A program made the position numbers and the translations under genes. A DNA stretch of 64,000 nucleotides from an uncultured Candidatus Saccharibacteria bacterium (GTDB taxonomy: Bacteria > Patescibacteriota > Minisyncoccia > 2-02-FULL-40-12 > GWA2-44-9): NCBI GenBank assembly GCA_964513645.1, contig CAZENF010000002.1:73409-137408 (forward strand), in the 5' to 3' direction. Below are positions 1 to 8,635 of this stretch, piece after piece; position 1 is the first letter of the stretch; every line of letters begins with the position of its first letter. A model generated the notes under the pieces. That model saw nothing but the letters and a program-made list of their open reading frames with translations. It was not told where the DNA came from and did not search any database.

Positions 1-570
1 CATCATTTTTAACAATTCTTCCAGAACAACTGGGATTTCTGATATACCGGAATCATCACTAAAATGTTCTTTATTATGTTCGACCACGATCTTTGCTTCT
101 AGTTTATTTCTAAAAATCTTACTATCACTTATGGTTACATCCGGGTCATTATCAGAGAATATAGCCACAATCTTATTTTTAACACTCGTTTTCACTCTTG
201 TATAATCAAGGGGTGTTTCCAGCCATTCCTTGGCAATATCCCTTTCTTTCTTAGTGACAAGATTAGGCAAATGAAAGAATCCGGCAACGAAGATAGCCCC
301 ACCAACCATAGTTTCAGTTGGAAGATTTTCTAAATATCTCATTATAGTCTGGCAACCTATACTATGGCCGACAAAATATGTTTTCTCGTTTGGTTTTTTA
401 ACTTCTTTAGCAAGGAATTCAACCCAAGACTTAATTGTAGGTTCATCAGTATTAGGCATGGCCGGTACAGACGTTTTTATACCTCTAGATTTTAGTTCTT
501 GTTCAAGCCATACCAACCAAAGATTTTTGGGTGAGCCTGACCAACCGTGAATTACAAATACTCTTTCCAA
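1..570 (-). CDS. Partial (3'-truncated by window start) alpha/beta serine hydrolase, RBBP9/YdeN-like
   Basis: Not in the ORF track because there is no stop in the window. Own translation of the minus strand from TTG (complement of 568-570): (M)ERVFVIHGWSGSPKNLWLVWLEQELKSRGIKTSVPAMPNTDEP...YFVGHSIGCQTIMRYL... This shows the VxVIHGWxGS and GHSxG nucleophile-elbow motifs typical of PF06821-type serine hydrolases. No in-frame ATG lies upstream before a stop, so the start is probably TTG. Confidence 0.55.
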   Translation of the reverse strand, partial: MERVFVIHGWSGSPKNLWLVWLEQELKSRGIKTSVPAMPNTDEPTIKSWVEFLAKEVKKPNEKTYFVGHSIGCQTIMRYLENLPTETMVGGAIFVAGFFHLPNLVTKKERDIAKEWLETPLDYTRVKTSVKNKIVAIFSDNDPDVTISDSKIFRNKLEAKIVVEHNKEHFSDDSGISEIPVVLEELLKMM

Positions 571-715
571 TGTTTTTATTTTATAAAATCCCGCGTAGGC
601 TTCAGTCTATGAAGGGACTTGCGCAGGCCGACTGGGCCGAGCACGAAGCAAAATTTCAGCAGAAATTTATGCTGTGCCCTGAATGGGCTGAAGCCGAGAG
701 CGGGATTTTAAGAAA

Positions 716-3700
716 CTATTTTGTAACTCCGATCCAAATCTTTTTCTGGGGCGCAAGCTCAAATTCTTTTTCAATGTCGTATTTTTTGTTCGCTGGGCCG
801 GACTCGAATTTTTCAAGCAAGACATCTTTCTTTATTTCTTCCGTCCATTGTTCAACCGCTTCGATTATATCTTTGTCTTCCGAATGCCAGTGACCAAGGA
901 CTTTCTCGTCTAAACGGTATTTGGCCTCTTTGCGCATATCCTGAAGCTGGCGCATCAACTCACGAGCATAACCTTCGTGGATGAGAGCTTTATCCAAAAC
1001 TGTATCAAAAGTTATTCCTGATTCCTGTTTGGCATCATAGGTCAGGCCCTTAACATTGAGTTCTTCTTTAACCAACGATTCGATATCTTTGCTGAACTTC
1101 GAAGTTCGTTTGGTAATTGCCGAACGCAAAGGTTGGCGAACCTTTAATTGTTTTTCCTTTCGTACGGCCAAACCAGAAGCGATGACATTTCTGGCTTCTT
1201 CCATTTCTTTTTCAAGTTTTACGTCAATAAGTTTTTTATCTGCTTTGGGCCAGTCTTCGAGATGAACCGATGTCTTGCTTTTTAAATTGTGAAATATCTC
1301 TTCAGAGACAAAAGGTGTAAAAGGAGCGATTAGCTTGGCCGTTTCGAGGATCAAAAATTTAAGCAACCCGAGAGCTTCTTTTCTTTTTCTCGAACGTCTT
1401 AACCACCAGTTAGAGAGGTCCTCGACTGTAAATTTTTCTATGGCTCGAGTAGCCGTCGTCGGGTCGTATTTATCAAGAGCGGTTGTTACTTCGGCAATCA
1501 GAACATTTAAACGGGAGATTATCCATTTATCAAGAAGGTTGGATGTTTTGGATGTATGGGTAAAATTCTTCGAACCTTCTCCGTATAGTTCATAAAATCT
1601 AACACAATTCTCAAGAGTCGAGATAAAACCTTTAAGTTTGGCTTCGACATCTTTCATCGCAAAAAGTTTATACTCCCCTGGCTGATTAAGGGTATAAAAA
1701 TACCAGCGGGCTGCATCGGCCCCGACTTTATCCATTACTTCAAAAGGTGAAACAACGTTGCCTTTGGATTTAGACATCTTCTTGCCTTTGTCATCGAGAA
1801 CATGACCAAGGGACATTACGTTCTTATACGACGATCCTTTGCCTAAAAGAGTTGAGATAGCCAAAAGGGTATAGAACCAGCCCCGGGTCTGGTCAACCGC
1901 CTCGACTATGAAATCCGCCGGGAACTGCTCCTCAAACATCTTCTTGTTTTCAAAAGGCCAATGCCACTGGGCATAAGGCATTGCACCGGAATCGAACCAG
2001 ACATCTATTAGATCCGCGATCTTTTTCATGGACGCCCCGCACTCATCACATTTGAGAGAAACGCTGTCGATGTAGGGTCGGTGAAGATCAAGCTCGCCTA
2101 TCTCGTTCCTTGGAATTTTCCGCCATTTCATTTCACCGCAAAAAGCAACTCCAGGATAATTATCCTTCCTGGCATTATCTTCTATCTCCCGCCCGGTCAT
2201 TCCTTTTCCCATGCATGTTAAAATCCACAACGGATCACCGTGACTGACGATCAGGATATTTTTACCGGAATATTTATTTTCCATTTCCTGCATAAAATCG
2301 GACATTCTCGTGCGAACATCGTTCCAGCTTTCACCAGTCACATGCGCCTTAAAATCAATCGTCCTTCTCAAATCTTCAACTGAACAAACCTTATGCGGCA
2401 AGCCGTCACAACTGCCATGACTTATCTCTCTTAATCTTTCGTCGGAAGTGACCTTAAGATGCAGGGTTTTAGAAACTATTTCCGCCGTCTCGGCAGTTCT
2501 CAAGAAAGGAGAGCTGAAAATAAGGTCGATGTCATAATTATTCTTTATCTTCTGGGCATTTCGCTCGGCCTGTTTTTCTCCTTCTTTGGTCAGGTGGTAT
2601 TTATCCAATTTCAGATCGGAACTGATTATCATTTTGCCAGCTTCGTCACGGGTAGTGTAACCGTGGCGCAGGACTATATACCTATTGTTCTTGACAGGGT
2701 CCGAAGCACTAAGTTTTTCCATTTCTTCGACCGAACCGACAACCTTAACATCTCCGCACTTCTGACATTTCCAGGCCGGTAAAGGCGTGCCCCAATAGCG
2801 TTCGCGAGAAAAAGCCCAATCCTTGCCCTCGGCCAACCATTGGCCGAAACGTCCTTCTTTTATATTTTCCGGTACCCAGTTTATTTTCTGATTGTTGGCC
2901 ATGATTTCTTTGTTGACCGCCGACATTTTAATGAACCAGGAATTTTTGGCGTAATACAAAAGCGGCGAATCACAGCGCCAGCAGAAAGGATAATCGTGCT
3001 CATACTCTTCTTCTTTGAAAAGGAGGTTATTTTTATTCAGATACTCGATTATCTTCGAGGTCGTTTTTTCTTCGGTCGGTTTGTCTTTGCTTTTTACCAG
3101 CATGCCGTCGAGATCCTGTCCGACCCCGGTAAACCTGCCCTGCTCATCAACCGTGTGAACTTTTGGCAGACCTAATTTAGTCCCGAGAACATAATCTTCT
3201 TCTCCATACATCACAGCGGTATGAACCACTCCCGTGCCGTCTTCGGTCGAAACAAAACCTGCTTCATAAACCTGGTATGAAGTATTTGACTTGAGCTCTT
3301 TGATATCGAAAAGCGGTTCATAAATTAAACCGGCGAGATCTTTGCCTTTAAATTCTCCAACGACCTCGTAATCACTGCCGAGAACTTTTTGGATGAGATC
3401 TTTGGCGATAACTAAATTTTCTGAAAATTTTCTGACCAGAACATAATCTATGTTTTTGCCGACTGCCAAGGCAACATTGCCGGGTAAAGTCCAAGGCGTG
3501 GTTGTCCAGGCGAGAATATAATCCCCTCTTTTCACATGTGAATTCCCGGTTTTAACTTTGAATTTTATGTAAACAGATTTTTCTTTTACTTTTTTGTAAC
3601 CCTGGGCCACCTCATGAGATGACAAGGATGTTCCGCAACGGACACAAAAAGGCACAACCTTGTGGGCCTGATAAAGAAGTTTTTTGTCCCAGATCTGGCG

Positions 3701-4168
3701 GATGATATGCCAAACGCTTTCTATATAGTTATTCTCATAGGTTATGTATGGATGGTCGAGGTCAAGCCAAAAACCCATTTTCCTGGTCATGTCTTCCCAT
3801 TCGGTCTTATATTTCCAGACACTCGCTTTAGCCTTCTTGTTGAATTTTCCTATTCCGTAATCTTCGATATCTTTCTTTTTCTTAAAACCAAGTTCTTTTT
3901 CTATTTCTATTTCGACGGGTAAGCCGTGCGTATCCCAACCGGCCTTACGCAAAACAAAAAAGCCCTGCATGGTCTTATAGCGACAGATAAGGTCCTTGAA
4001 AGCGCGAGCTAAAAGATGGTGGATGCCCGGCCGACCGTTGGCAGTCGGTGGTCCTTCAAAAAAAACGAACCTTTTGCCTTTCTTCCTGTTCTCTAATGAT
4101 TTTTGAAAAGTATCGTTATTGCGCCAAAATTCGAGTATTTTATGCTCTGTTCCTTTAAAATCGTACAT
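716..4168 (-). CDS. ileS: Isoleucine--tRNA ligase, type-2 (eukaryote/archaea-like), with a histidine-phosphatase-like insertion
   Basis: HIGH-type motif PGIHHLLARA, KMSKSKGN, a CP1 editing domain, and the type-2 signatures SRERYWGTPLP, C-x2-C, DLHRPYID and DVWFDSG. The track ORF extends to 4237, but the conserved N-terminus MYDFKGTEHKILEFW begins at the ATG 4166-4168. The upstream 69 nt is read-through of a hairpin element that re-creates an in-frame ATG at 4235-4237. Confidence 0.9.
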   Translation of the reverse strand: MYDFKGTEHKILEFWRNNDTFQKSLENRKKGKRFVFFEGPPTANGRPGIHHLLARAFKDLICRYKTMQGFFVLRKAGWDTHGLPVEIEIEKELGFKKKKDIEDYGIGKFNKKAKASVWKYKTEWEDMTRKMGFWLDLDHPYITYENNYIESVWHIIRQIWDKKLLYQAHKVVPFCVRCGTSLSSHEVAQGYKKVKEKSVYIKFKVKTGNSHVKRGDYILAWTTTPWTLPGNVALAVGKNIDYVLVRKFSENLVIAKDLIQKVLGSDYEVVGEFKGKDLAGLIYEPLFDIKELKSNTSYQVYEAGFVSTEDGTGVVHTAVMYGEEDYVLGTKLGLPKVHTVDEQGRFTGVGQDLDGMLVKSKDKPTEEKTTSKIIEYLNKNNLLFKEEEYEHDYPFCWRCDSPLLYYAKNSWFIKMSAVNKEIMANNQKINWVPENIKEGRFGQWLAEGKDWAFSRERYWGTPLPAWKCQKCGDVKVVGSVEEMEKLSASDPVKNNRYIVLRHGYTTRDEAGKMIISSDLKLDKYHLTKEGEKQAERNAQKIKNNYDIDLIFSSPFLRTAETAEIVSKTLHLKVTSDERLREISHGSCDGLPHKVCSVEDLRRTIDFKAHVTGESWNDVRTRMSDFMQEMENKYSGKNILIVSHGDPLWILTCMGKGMTGREIEDNARKDNYPGVAFCGEMKWRKIPRNEIGELDLHRPYIDSVSLKCDECGASMKKIADLIDVWFDSGAMPYAQWHWPFENKKMFEEQFPADFIVEAVDQTRGWFYTLLAISTLLGKGSSYKNVMSLGHVLDDKGKKMSKSKGNVVSPFEVMDKVGADAARWYFYTLNQPGEYKLFAMKDVEAKLKGFISTLENCVRFYELYGEGSKNFTHTSKTSNLLDKWIISRLNVLIAEVTTALDKYDPTTATRAIEKFTVEDLSNWWLRRSRKRKEALGLLKFLILETAKLIAPFTPFVSEEIFHNLKSKTSVHLEDWPKADKKLIDVKLEKEMEEARNVIASGLAVRKEKQLKVRQPLRSAITKRTSKFSKDIESLVKEELNVKGLTYDAKQESGITFDTVLDKALIHEGYARELMRQLQDMRKEAKYRLDEKVLGHWHSEDKDIIEAVEQWTEEIKKDVLLEKFESGPANKKYDIEKEFELAPQKKIWIGVTK

Positions 4169-4287
4169 CCCGTTAGAAGTAGCCCGCCCGAGGTCATTGA
4201 CCGCGTAAGCGCGGGCGAGACTTCTAACGGGATACATCCAATAATTATAAATTATCCAGAGGAAAATTCAACTAAAACCTGGACTAT

Positions 4288-5961
4288 TTACATCTTTTTT
4301 GGCGCCGAGATCCCCATCAGAGAAAGGCATTCGCCAATAACAATAGCTATCGCCGAACATAAAGCTACTCTGGCCTTTTCTATTTTTTTGTCATCCCCGC
4401 CTGCTCGCCTCGCTGAAGCATCGGCGGAGCGGACCGGCGAAGCAGGATTTACAACTCTATGTTTCTCATAAAAATTATGGAACTCCGAAGCCAGTTCAAA
4501 GGCATATTGAGCCAAGCGGTGGGCCTGATAGTTAAGAGCTATTTCTTCTATCAATTCCGGGAACTTTGACATTTTCCGCATCAACCCAAATTCTTCTTTT
4601 TCTTTCAAACCCTCGAACACAGAAGGGTCATTTTTGGGTCTAAGTTCAGTAAGGTTTAATTTTCCAAAAATACTGTTAAGCCGGGCGTTAGCATACTGAA
4701 TGTAATAGACTGGGTTCTTTTTCGATTCTTCCTTGGCCAAGTCAACATCAAATTCCATATGAGTATTGAGATCCTTGACCAGAAAAAAATACCGGACAGC
4801 ATCCTTGCCAACCTCTTTAAAAAGTTCATCCAAAAGAACGAACTCCCCTTTTCTTTTGGACATCTTTTGTTTTTCTCCTCCGGCTTTCAAGGAAACCAGC
4901 TGGTGGAGAAGTATCTCAAGTTTGCCGTCTTCGTAGCCCAAGGCTCTGACTCCGGCCTTTAAGCGGTGTACATCGCCGTGATGGTCGGTTCCCCAAATAT
5001 TTATCGCTTTTCCGAAACCACGAATAAATTTATTCCTGGTATAGGAAATGTCGGCCATAAGGTACGAGTAGGATTTGTCGCTTTTGACCAATACCGCATC
5101 GCGTTCACCTGAATCATCTATCTTTAGCCATTCCGCACCTTCTTTTTCATAAACATGCTCGCCTTTTTTGAGCATCTTTAAAGTGTTATCGATTTCGCCC
5201 GAGTCATATAATTTTTTCTCGGAGAACCAGGTATCAAAATCTATATTAAGTTTCGACAAAGAAGCTTTGGCGGAATCGATCATTTTTTTCAATGCAAACT
5301 CGCGGCAAACAGATGTCAGTTCGTCGAAATTCTCTATGTCTTTGACCAAACCCTTATCATCCATCTCTTTGGCGACATCGATGATATATTCTCCCTGGTA
5401 AAGATTGTCAGGAAAATCTATGGTTTTTCCTTTTAAGCGAAGGTAGCGGCGGGCAACTGATTCACCCAATAGCTTAACCTGGTTCCCGGCATCATTGATG
5501 TAATATTCTTTTGTTATCTCGTAGCCGTATTTTTTAAAGATTGCGGCCAGAGTATCACCGAAAGCTGCCGCCCGGATGTTAGCAACCGTTAAGGGACCGG
5601 TGGGGTTGGCAGAAACAAATTCAAGATTTATGCTTAATTTTTTATTTTCTCCTGAACCATAATTTTCTTTTTGTTCCAGTATCTTAACCAGTTCTTGCCT
5701 TAAAAAATCTTCAGATAAGTAAAAATTAACAAAACCGTCGGCGGGTTCTATTTTGCTGAAATATTTGCTTAATTCTTTATTTTCTAAAAATTCTTCAGCT
5801 AAACGACCAGCTACATCCTTAGGATGCTGTTTCTCTTTTTTAGCCAATACAAAAGCAAGATTTATGGAATAATCCCCCATTTCATTGTTTGGCGGGGTCA
5901 GAACATCAAAATCAACACCAGGATAGAGTTCTTTAATCTTGTTTTCTATCCACATTTTCAT
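4288..5961 (-). CDS. argS: Arginine--tRNA ligase
   Basis: Arg_tRNA_synt_N-like N-terminus, core NPTGPL motif and a C-terminal DALR-type anticodon-binding end (…LSLMGISAPKKM). KMSKRKG is present. The HIGH position reads TVAN instead of H-x-G-H. A C-terminal in-frame insert lies at 4391-4446. Confidence 0.9.
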   Translation of the reverse strand: MKMWIENKIKELYPGVDFDVLTPPNNEMGDYSINLAFVLAKKEKQHPKDVAGRLAEEFLENKELSKYFSKIEPADGFVNFYLSEDFLRQELVKILEQKENYGSGENKKLSINLEFVSANPTGPLTVANIRAAAFGDTLAAIFKKYGYEITKEYYINDAGNQVKLLGESVARRYLRLKGKTIDFPDNLYQGEYIIDVAKEMDDKGLVKDIENFDELTSVCREFALKKMIDSAKASLSKLNIDFDTWFSEKKLYDSGEIDNTLKMLKKGEHVYEKEGAEWLKIDDSGERDAVLVKSDKSYSYLMADISYTRNKFIRGFGKAINIWGTDHHGDVHRLKAGVRALGYEDGKLEILLHQLVSLKAGGEKQKMSKRKGEFVLLDELFKEVGKDAVRYFFLVKDLNTHMEFDVDLAKEESKKNPVYYIQYANARLNSIFGKLNLTELRPKNDPSVFEGLKEKEEFGLMRKMSKFPELIEEIALNYQAHRLAQYAFELASEFHNFYEKHRVVNPASPVRSADASARRAGGDDKKIEKARVALCSAIAIVIGECLSLMGISAPKKM

Positions 5962-6011
5962 GTTTTTATCTTATCACCTTCATCTAAAAACAAAAAATCC
6001 TTAAGTCTTGC

Positions 6012-6710
6012 TTAAGGATTTTTACCTATCTTCTTTTTGGTGTTGCCTATTTCTAAATCTCCTAATCTTTCGACGACCACATCCAAACAAATGATACTGC
6101 AGCTTTCAATTTTTAACTTTTTGATTAACTTTAATTGGATCTCCTTTAAAACTTTTTCATCGGGTTTGTTCAGCTTAGAAAACAATCTTGAAACAGCATT
6201 GGTAACCTTTTTTCGATACTGAAGATCGTAGCATCCGGCAACAAATATCTTTGCTTCCGAATCATTTTCCTGATCTTCATCAGTAAAAAAATGATAATCT
6301 CCAGTAAAATAGATCACTACCAGCCGACCAAGAATATCAACGATGGCAAACTCAGCGGCTAAACCTCGAGCCGTATCCTTGTCCTCAAGGTCGATTTTCA
6401 TCAACCTGGCCAAATCATCTCTCAAAATCGTGCAATGAACATCATAAGAAGAGAAGGTGGTTGCCCAACTCGACACTATCCTTCTCACATTTCTTACACC
6501 TTCAGCAATATCTCCCGAAGAACCACCTGTAACTATTGCCGCGAAGTTGGGGCTCCGATATAAACCGGCCATTTCATCTCCGCCGGCTATCAAAAAATTA
6601 GTTCCATTAACCTTGACGCAACAAATGAAGTTTTTCTTCAATCTTGCCCGAACATTATTTTTTTTATTCTCAAATTCGTTGACCAGACTAAGCCCTTGGT
6701 TTTTAGACAT
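6012..6710 (-). CDS. Proteasome-like (Ntn-hydrolase fold) subunit lacking catalytic Thr; putative alpha-type or inactive partner
   Basis: NFICCVKVNGTNFLIAGGDE…GSSGDIAEGVRNVRR matches the proteasome-subunit pattern (G.T.VGIK..DGVVLA.D…G..AD), but CC replaces the Thr1 position. The start is chosen at the internal M (MSKNQGL), giving an 8 nt overlap with the upstream gene. The track ORF extends to 6785. Confidence 0.45.
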   Translation of the reverse strand: MSKNQGLSLVNEFENKKNNVRARLKKNFICCVKVNGTNFLIAGGDEMAGLYRSPNFAAIVTGGSSGDIAEGVRNVRRIVSSWATTFSSYDVHCTILRDDLARLMKIDLEDKDTARGLAAEFAIVDILGRLVVIYFTGDYHFFTDEDQENDSEAKIFVAGCYDLQYRKKVTNAVSRLFSKLNKPDEKVLKEIQLKLIKKLKIESCSIICLDVVVERLGDLEIGNTKKKIGKNP

Positions 6711-7476
6711 TGTCGCCTCGTTTCCCTTTAAAAAGTTTCGCTCGAATTGTTTCGAGGGTCTTATTTTCGACATTTTTAAAACCACCCGTAACGGTGATGG
6801 TTGCCACCGAAGGTAAGACTGAAGATAAAGGAGAAACTCCGCTCTCCCATTTTCCAGATTTATAGAGAGCTTCTAAGGCGATGAAAATCGCACTTTTGAG
6901 ATTGAGGGATCTACTATTAATTTCCTGCCTATAGTCTTCCATGACTTGGAGAGCTTCAAAAGTACCCGAACCGACAGCACTATATTCTCTCTCTTCTTTA
7001 CAACCATCTTCCCAAATATCAAAAATTTGATAAGTCCCAAAAAAATTAAGACCACAAATGATCATCTCGGTCATCAAGGGTATTCCATAGTAACAGTAGT
7101 CGCGGAGAAGATCTGCGACATAATTTGCCTGGCCTTCGATGGTCAAAGGCACACCTGATCTCTCCATAAACGTAAGGTTTATTTGTTGAAGAATGGATTT
7201 TATGTACTGCGCATCGCTGACCGAACCGGCACAGCCAACCCCGGTAAACATAGCGACCTGATCGATTTTGACCGTTTCATCGCTCATAATTTTATGGCCA
7301 AAAGACGTTCTCCTGTCTCCGGCGATTAAAACGCCATCTTCAAATTTAAGAGCAATGATGGTTGTCCCCTTTTTTCGGTCCATTTCCTTGGACCCGGAAC
7401 TACCCTTAAATCTCTGAATTGATTTTTGGGGCAAGGAAGATTTAAGGATCTGATCTATAATTCTTTCCCTATTCAC
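6703..7476 (-). CDS. 20S proteasome beta-type subunit with a 36-aa propeptide and intact catalytic residues
   Basis: …KKG|TTIIALKFEDGVLIAGDRRTSFGHKIMSDETVK: cleavage after G would expose Thr1, with Asp17 and Lys33 at exactly canonical spacing. A downstream GSG motif (AVGSGTFEA) is present. Length 257 aa. Confidence 0.7.
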   Translation of the reverse strand: MNRERIIDQILKSSLPQKSIQRFKGSSGSKEMDRKKGTTIIALKFEDGVLIAGDRRTSFGHKIMSDETVKIDQVAMFTGVGCAGSVSDAQYIKSILQQINLTFMERSGVPLTIEGQANYVADLLRDYCYYGIPLMTEMIICGLNFFGTYQIFDIWEDGCKEEREYSAVGSGTFEALQVMEDYRQEINSRSLNLKSAIFIALEALYKSGKWESGVSPLSSVLPSVATITVTGGFKNVENKTLETIRAKLFKGKRGDNV

Positions 7477-7594
7477 AGGTTTTCCTTTTCAATGAAACTG
7501 GTAGATAGATTAACATTAACGCCCTCAATGTCAAAGCCAAGATAGTTGCTCCAGGTCTATTGAAAAGTTGCACGTTTAGCCTCATAATATAAGT

Positions 7595-8629
7595 ATGAAT
7601 TCACAAGAATATGACAAGGTAATAATTGAGGCGGTAAAAAAGGTTGCTGACTCGGTTGTCAGCATAGTTATCTCAAAAAACCTGCCCAAAATTAAAAGCA
7701 TGTACCAGGCTCCGTTCATGAGCCCTTTTATGTTCGGCGAGGCAGAAGGCGGAACGGAAAAAGTAAAGGTTGGCGGCGGCTCTGGATTTGTCGTCCACCC
7801 GGAAGGTCTTATCCTGACCAACAAGCACGTGGTTTTCGATACTGATGCGGAATACACTGTGCTTACGACCGATGGAAAAGAATATGTAGCCAAAGTCCTG
7901 TCTCGTGACCCGATAAACGATATTGCCGTATTAAAAATAGCCGCAACCGGAATGCCGGCAGTCCGCCTTGGAAACTCGGTTAAACTTGAACTCGGCCAAA
8001 CTGTAGTCGCCATCGGCAATGCTCTGGGTCTTTTTTCAAACACCGTCTCAAAGGGCATTGTTTCCGGATTATCAAGAAAAATTTCCGCTTCCCTCGGCAC
8101 CGGCGGACAGATGGAACACTTGCGCGGTGTCATCCAGACGGATGTAGCGATCAACCAGGGCAATTCAGGCGGTCCGCTGATTAACGTCGAGGGTGAAGTT
8201 GTCGGTATTAATACCGCGATAATTTTCGGCGCCCAGAACATCGGCTTTTCAATTCCCATCAACTGGGCCAAGGAGGATCTGGAAGATATCATCAAGCATG
8301 GCCGAATCATCAAGCCTTTCATCGGTCTTCAGTATGTAATGCTTGGCAAAGAACTTCAGAAAAAATATTCCCTGCCCGTCGACTACGGCGCTTTGGTTGT
8401 TCGAGACCATGTGCCTGGTTCGTTGGCAGTTGTTCCCGATTCCCCTGCCGCTAAAGCCGGTATCCGGGAAAACGACATCATCACTGCTTTAAACAATGAG
8501 AAATTGACCGAAGAGAAAGACCTTCGGGATATGATACAGAAATGCGGCGTCGACGATGAAATAGACCTCACGGTTCTGCGCAAGAACGAAACTCTCAATC
8601 TCAAAACCAAACTGGTCGAGCGTAAATAA
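7595..8629 (+). CDS. HtrA/DegP-family (S1C) trypsin-like serine protease with C-terminal PDZ domain
   Basis: The TNKHVV (His), D, and GNSGGPL (Ser) catalytic-triad context, followed by a PDZ-like region (…GALVVRDHVPGSLAVVPDSPAAKAGIRENDII…). Confidence 0.85.
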   Translation: MNSQEYDKVIIEAVKKVADSVVSIVISKNLPKIKSMYQAPFMSPFMFGEAEGGTEKVKVGGGSGFVVHPEGLILTNKHVVFDTDAEYTVLTTDGKEYVAKVLSRDPINDIAVLKIAATGMPAVRLGNSVKLELGQTVVAIGNALGLFSNTVSKGIVSGLSRKISASLGTGGQMEHLRGVIQTDVAINQGNSGGPLINVEGEVVGINTAIIFGAQNIGFSIPINWAKEDLEDIIKHGRIIKPFIGLQYVMLGKELQKKYSLPVDYGALVVRDHVPGSLAVVPDSPAAKAGIRENDIITALNNEKLTEEKDLRDMIQKCGVDDEIDLTVLRKNETLNLKTKLVERK

Positions 8630-8635
8630 ACGCTC

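Noticed and set aside
531-893. Plus-strand 120-aa ORF spanning the hydrolase-ileS intergenic region and the ileS 3' end
   Set aside because: It overlaps the ileS C-terminus antisense. It is a low-complexity translation with no motif, a typical shadow ORF.
4169-4237. N-terminal 23-aa extension of IleS in the track ORF (MYPVRSLARAYAVNDLGRATSNG)
   Set aside because: It is a translation of the palindromic hairpin element. The conserved IleS N-terminus begins at the ATG 4166-4168.
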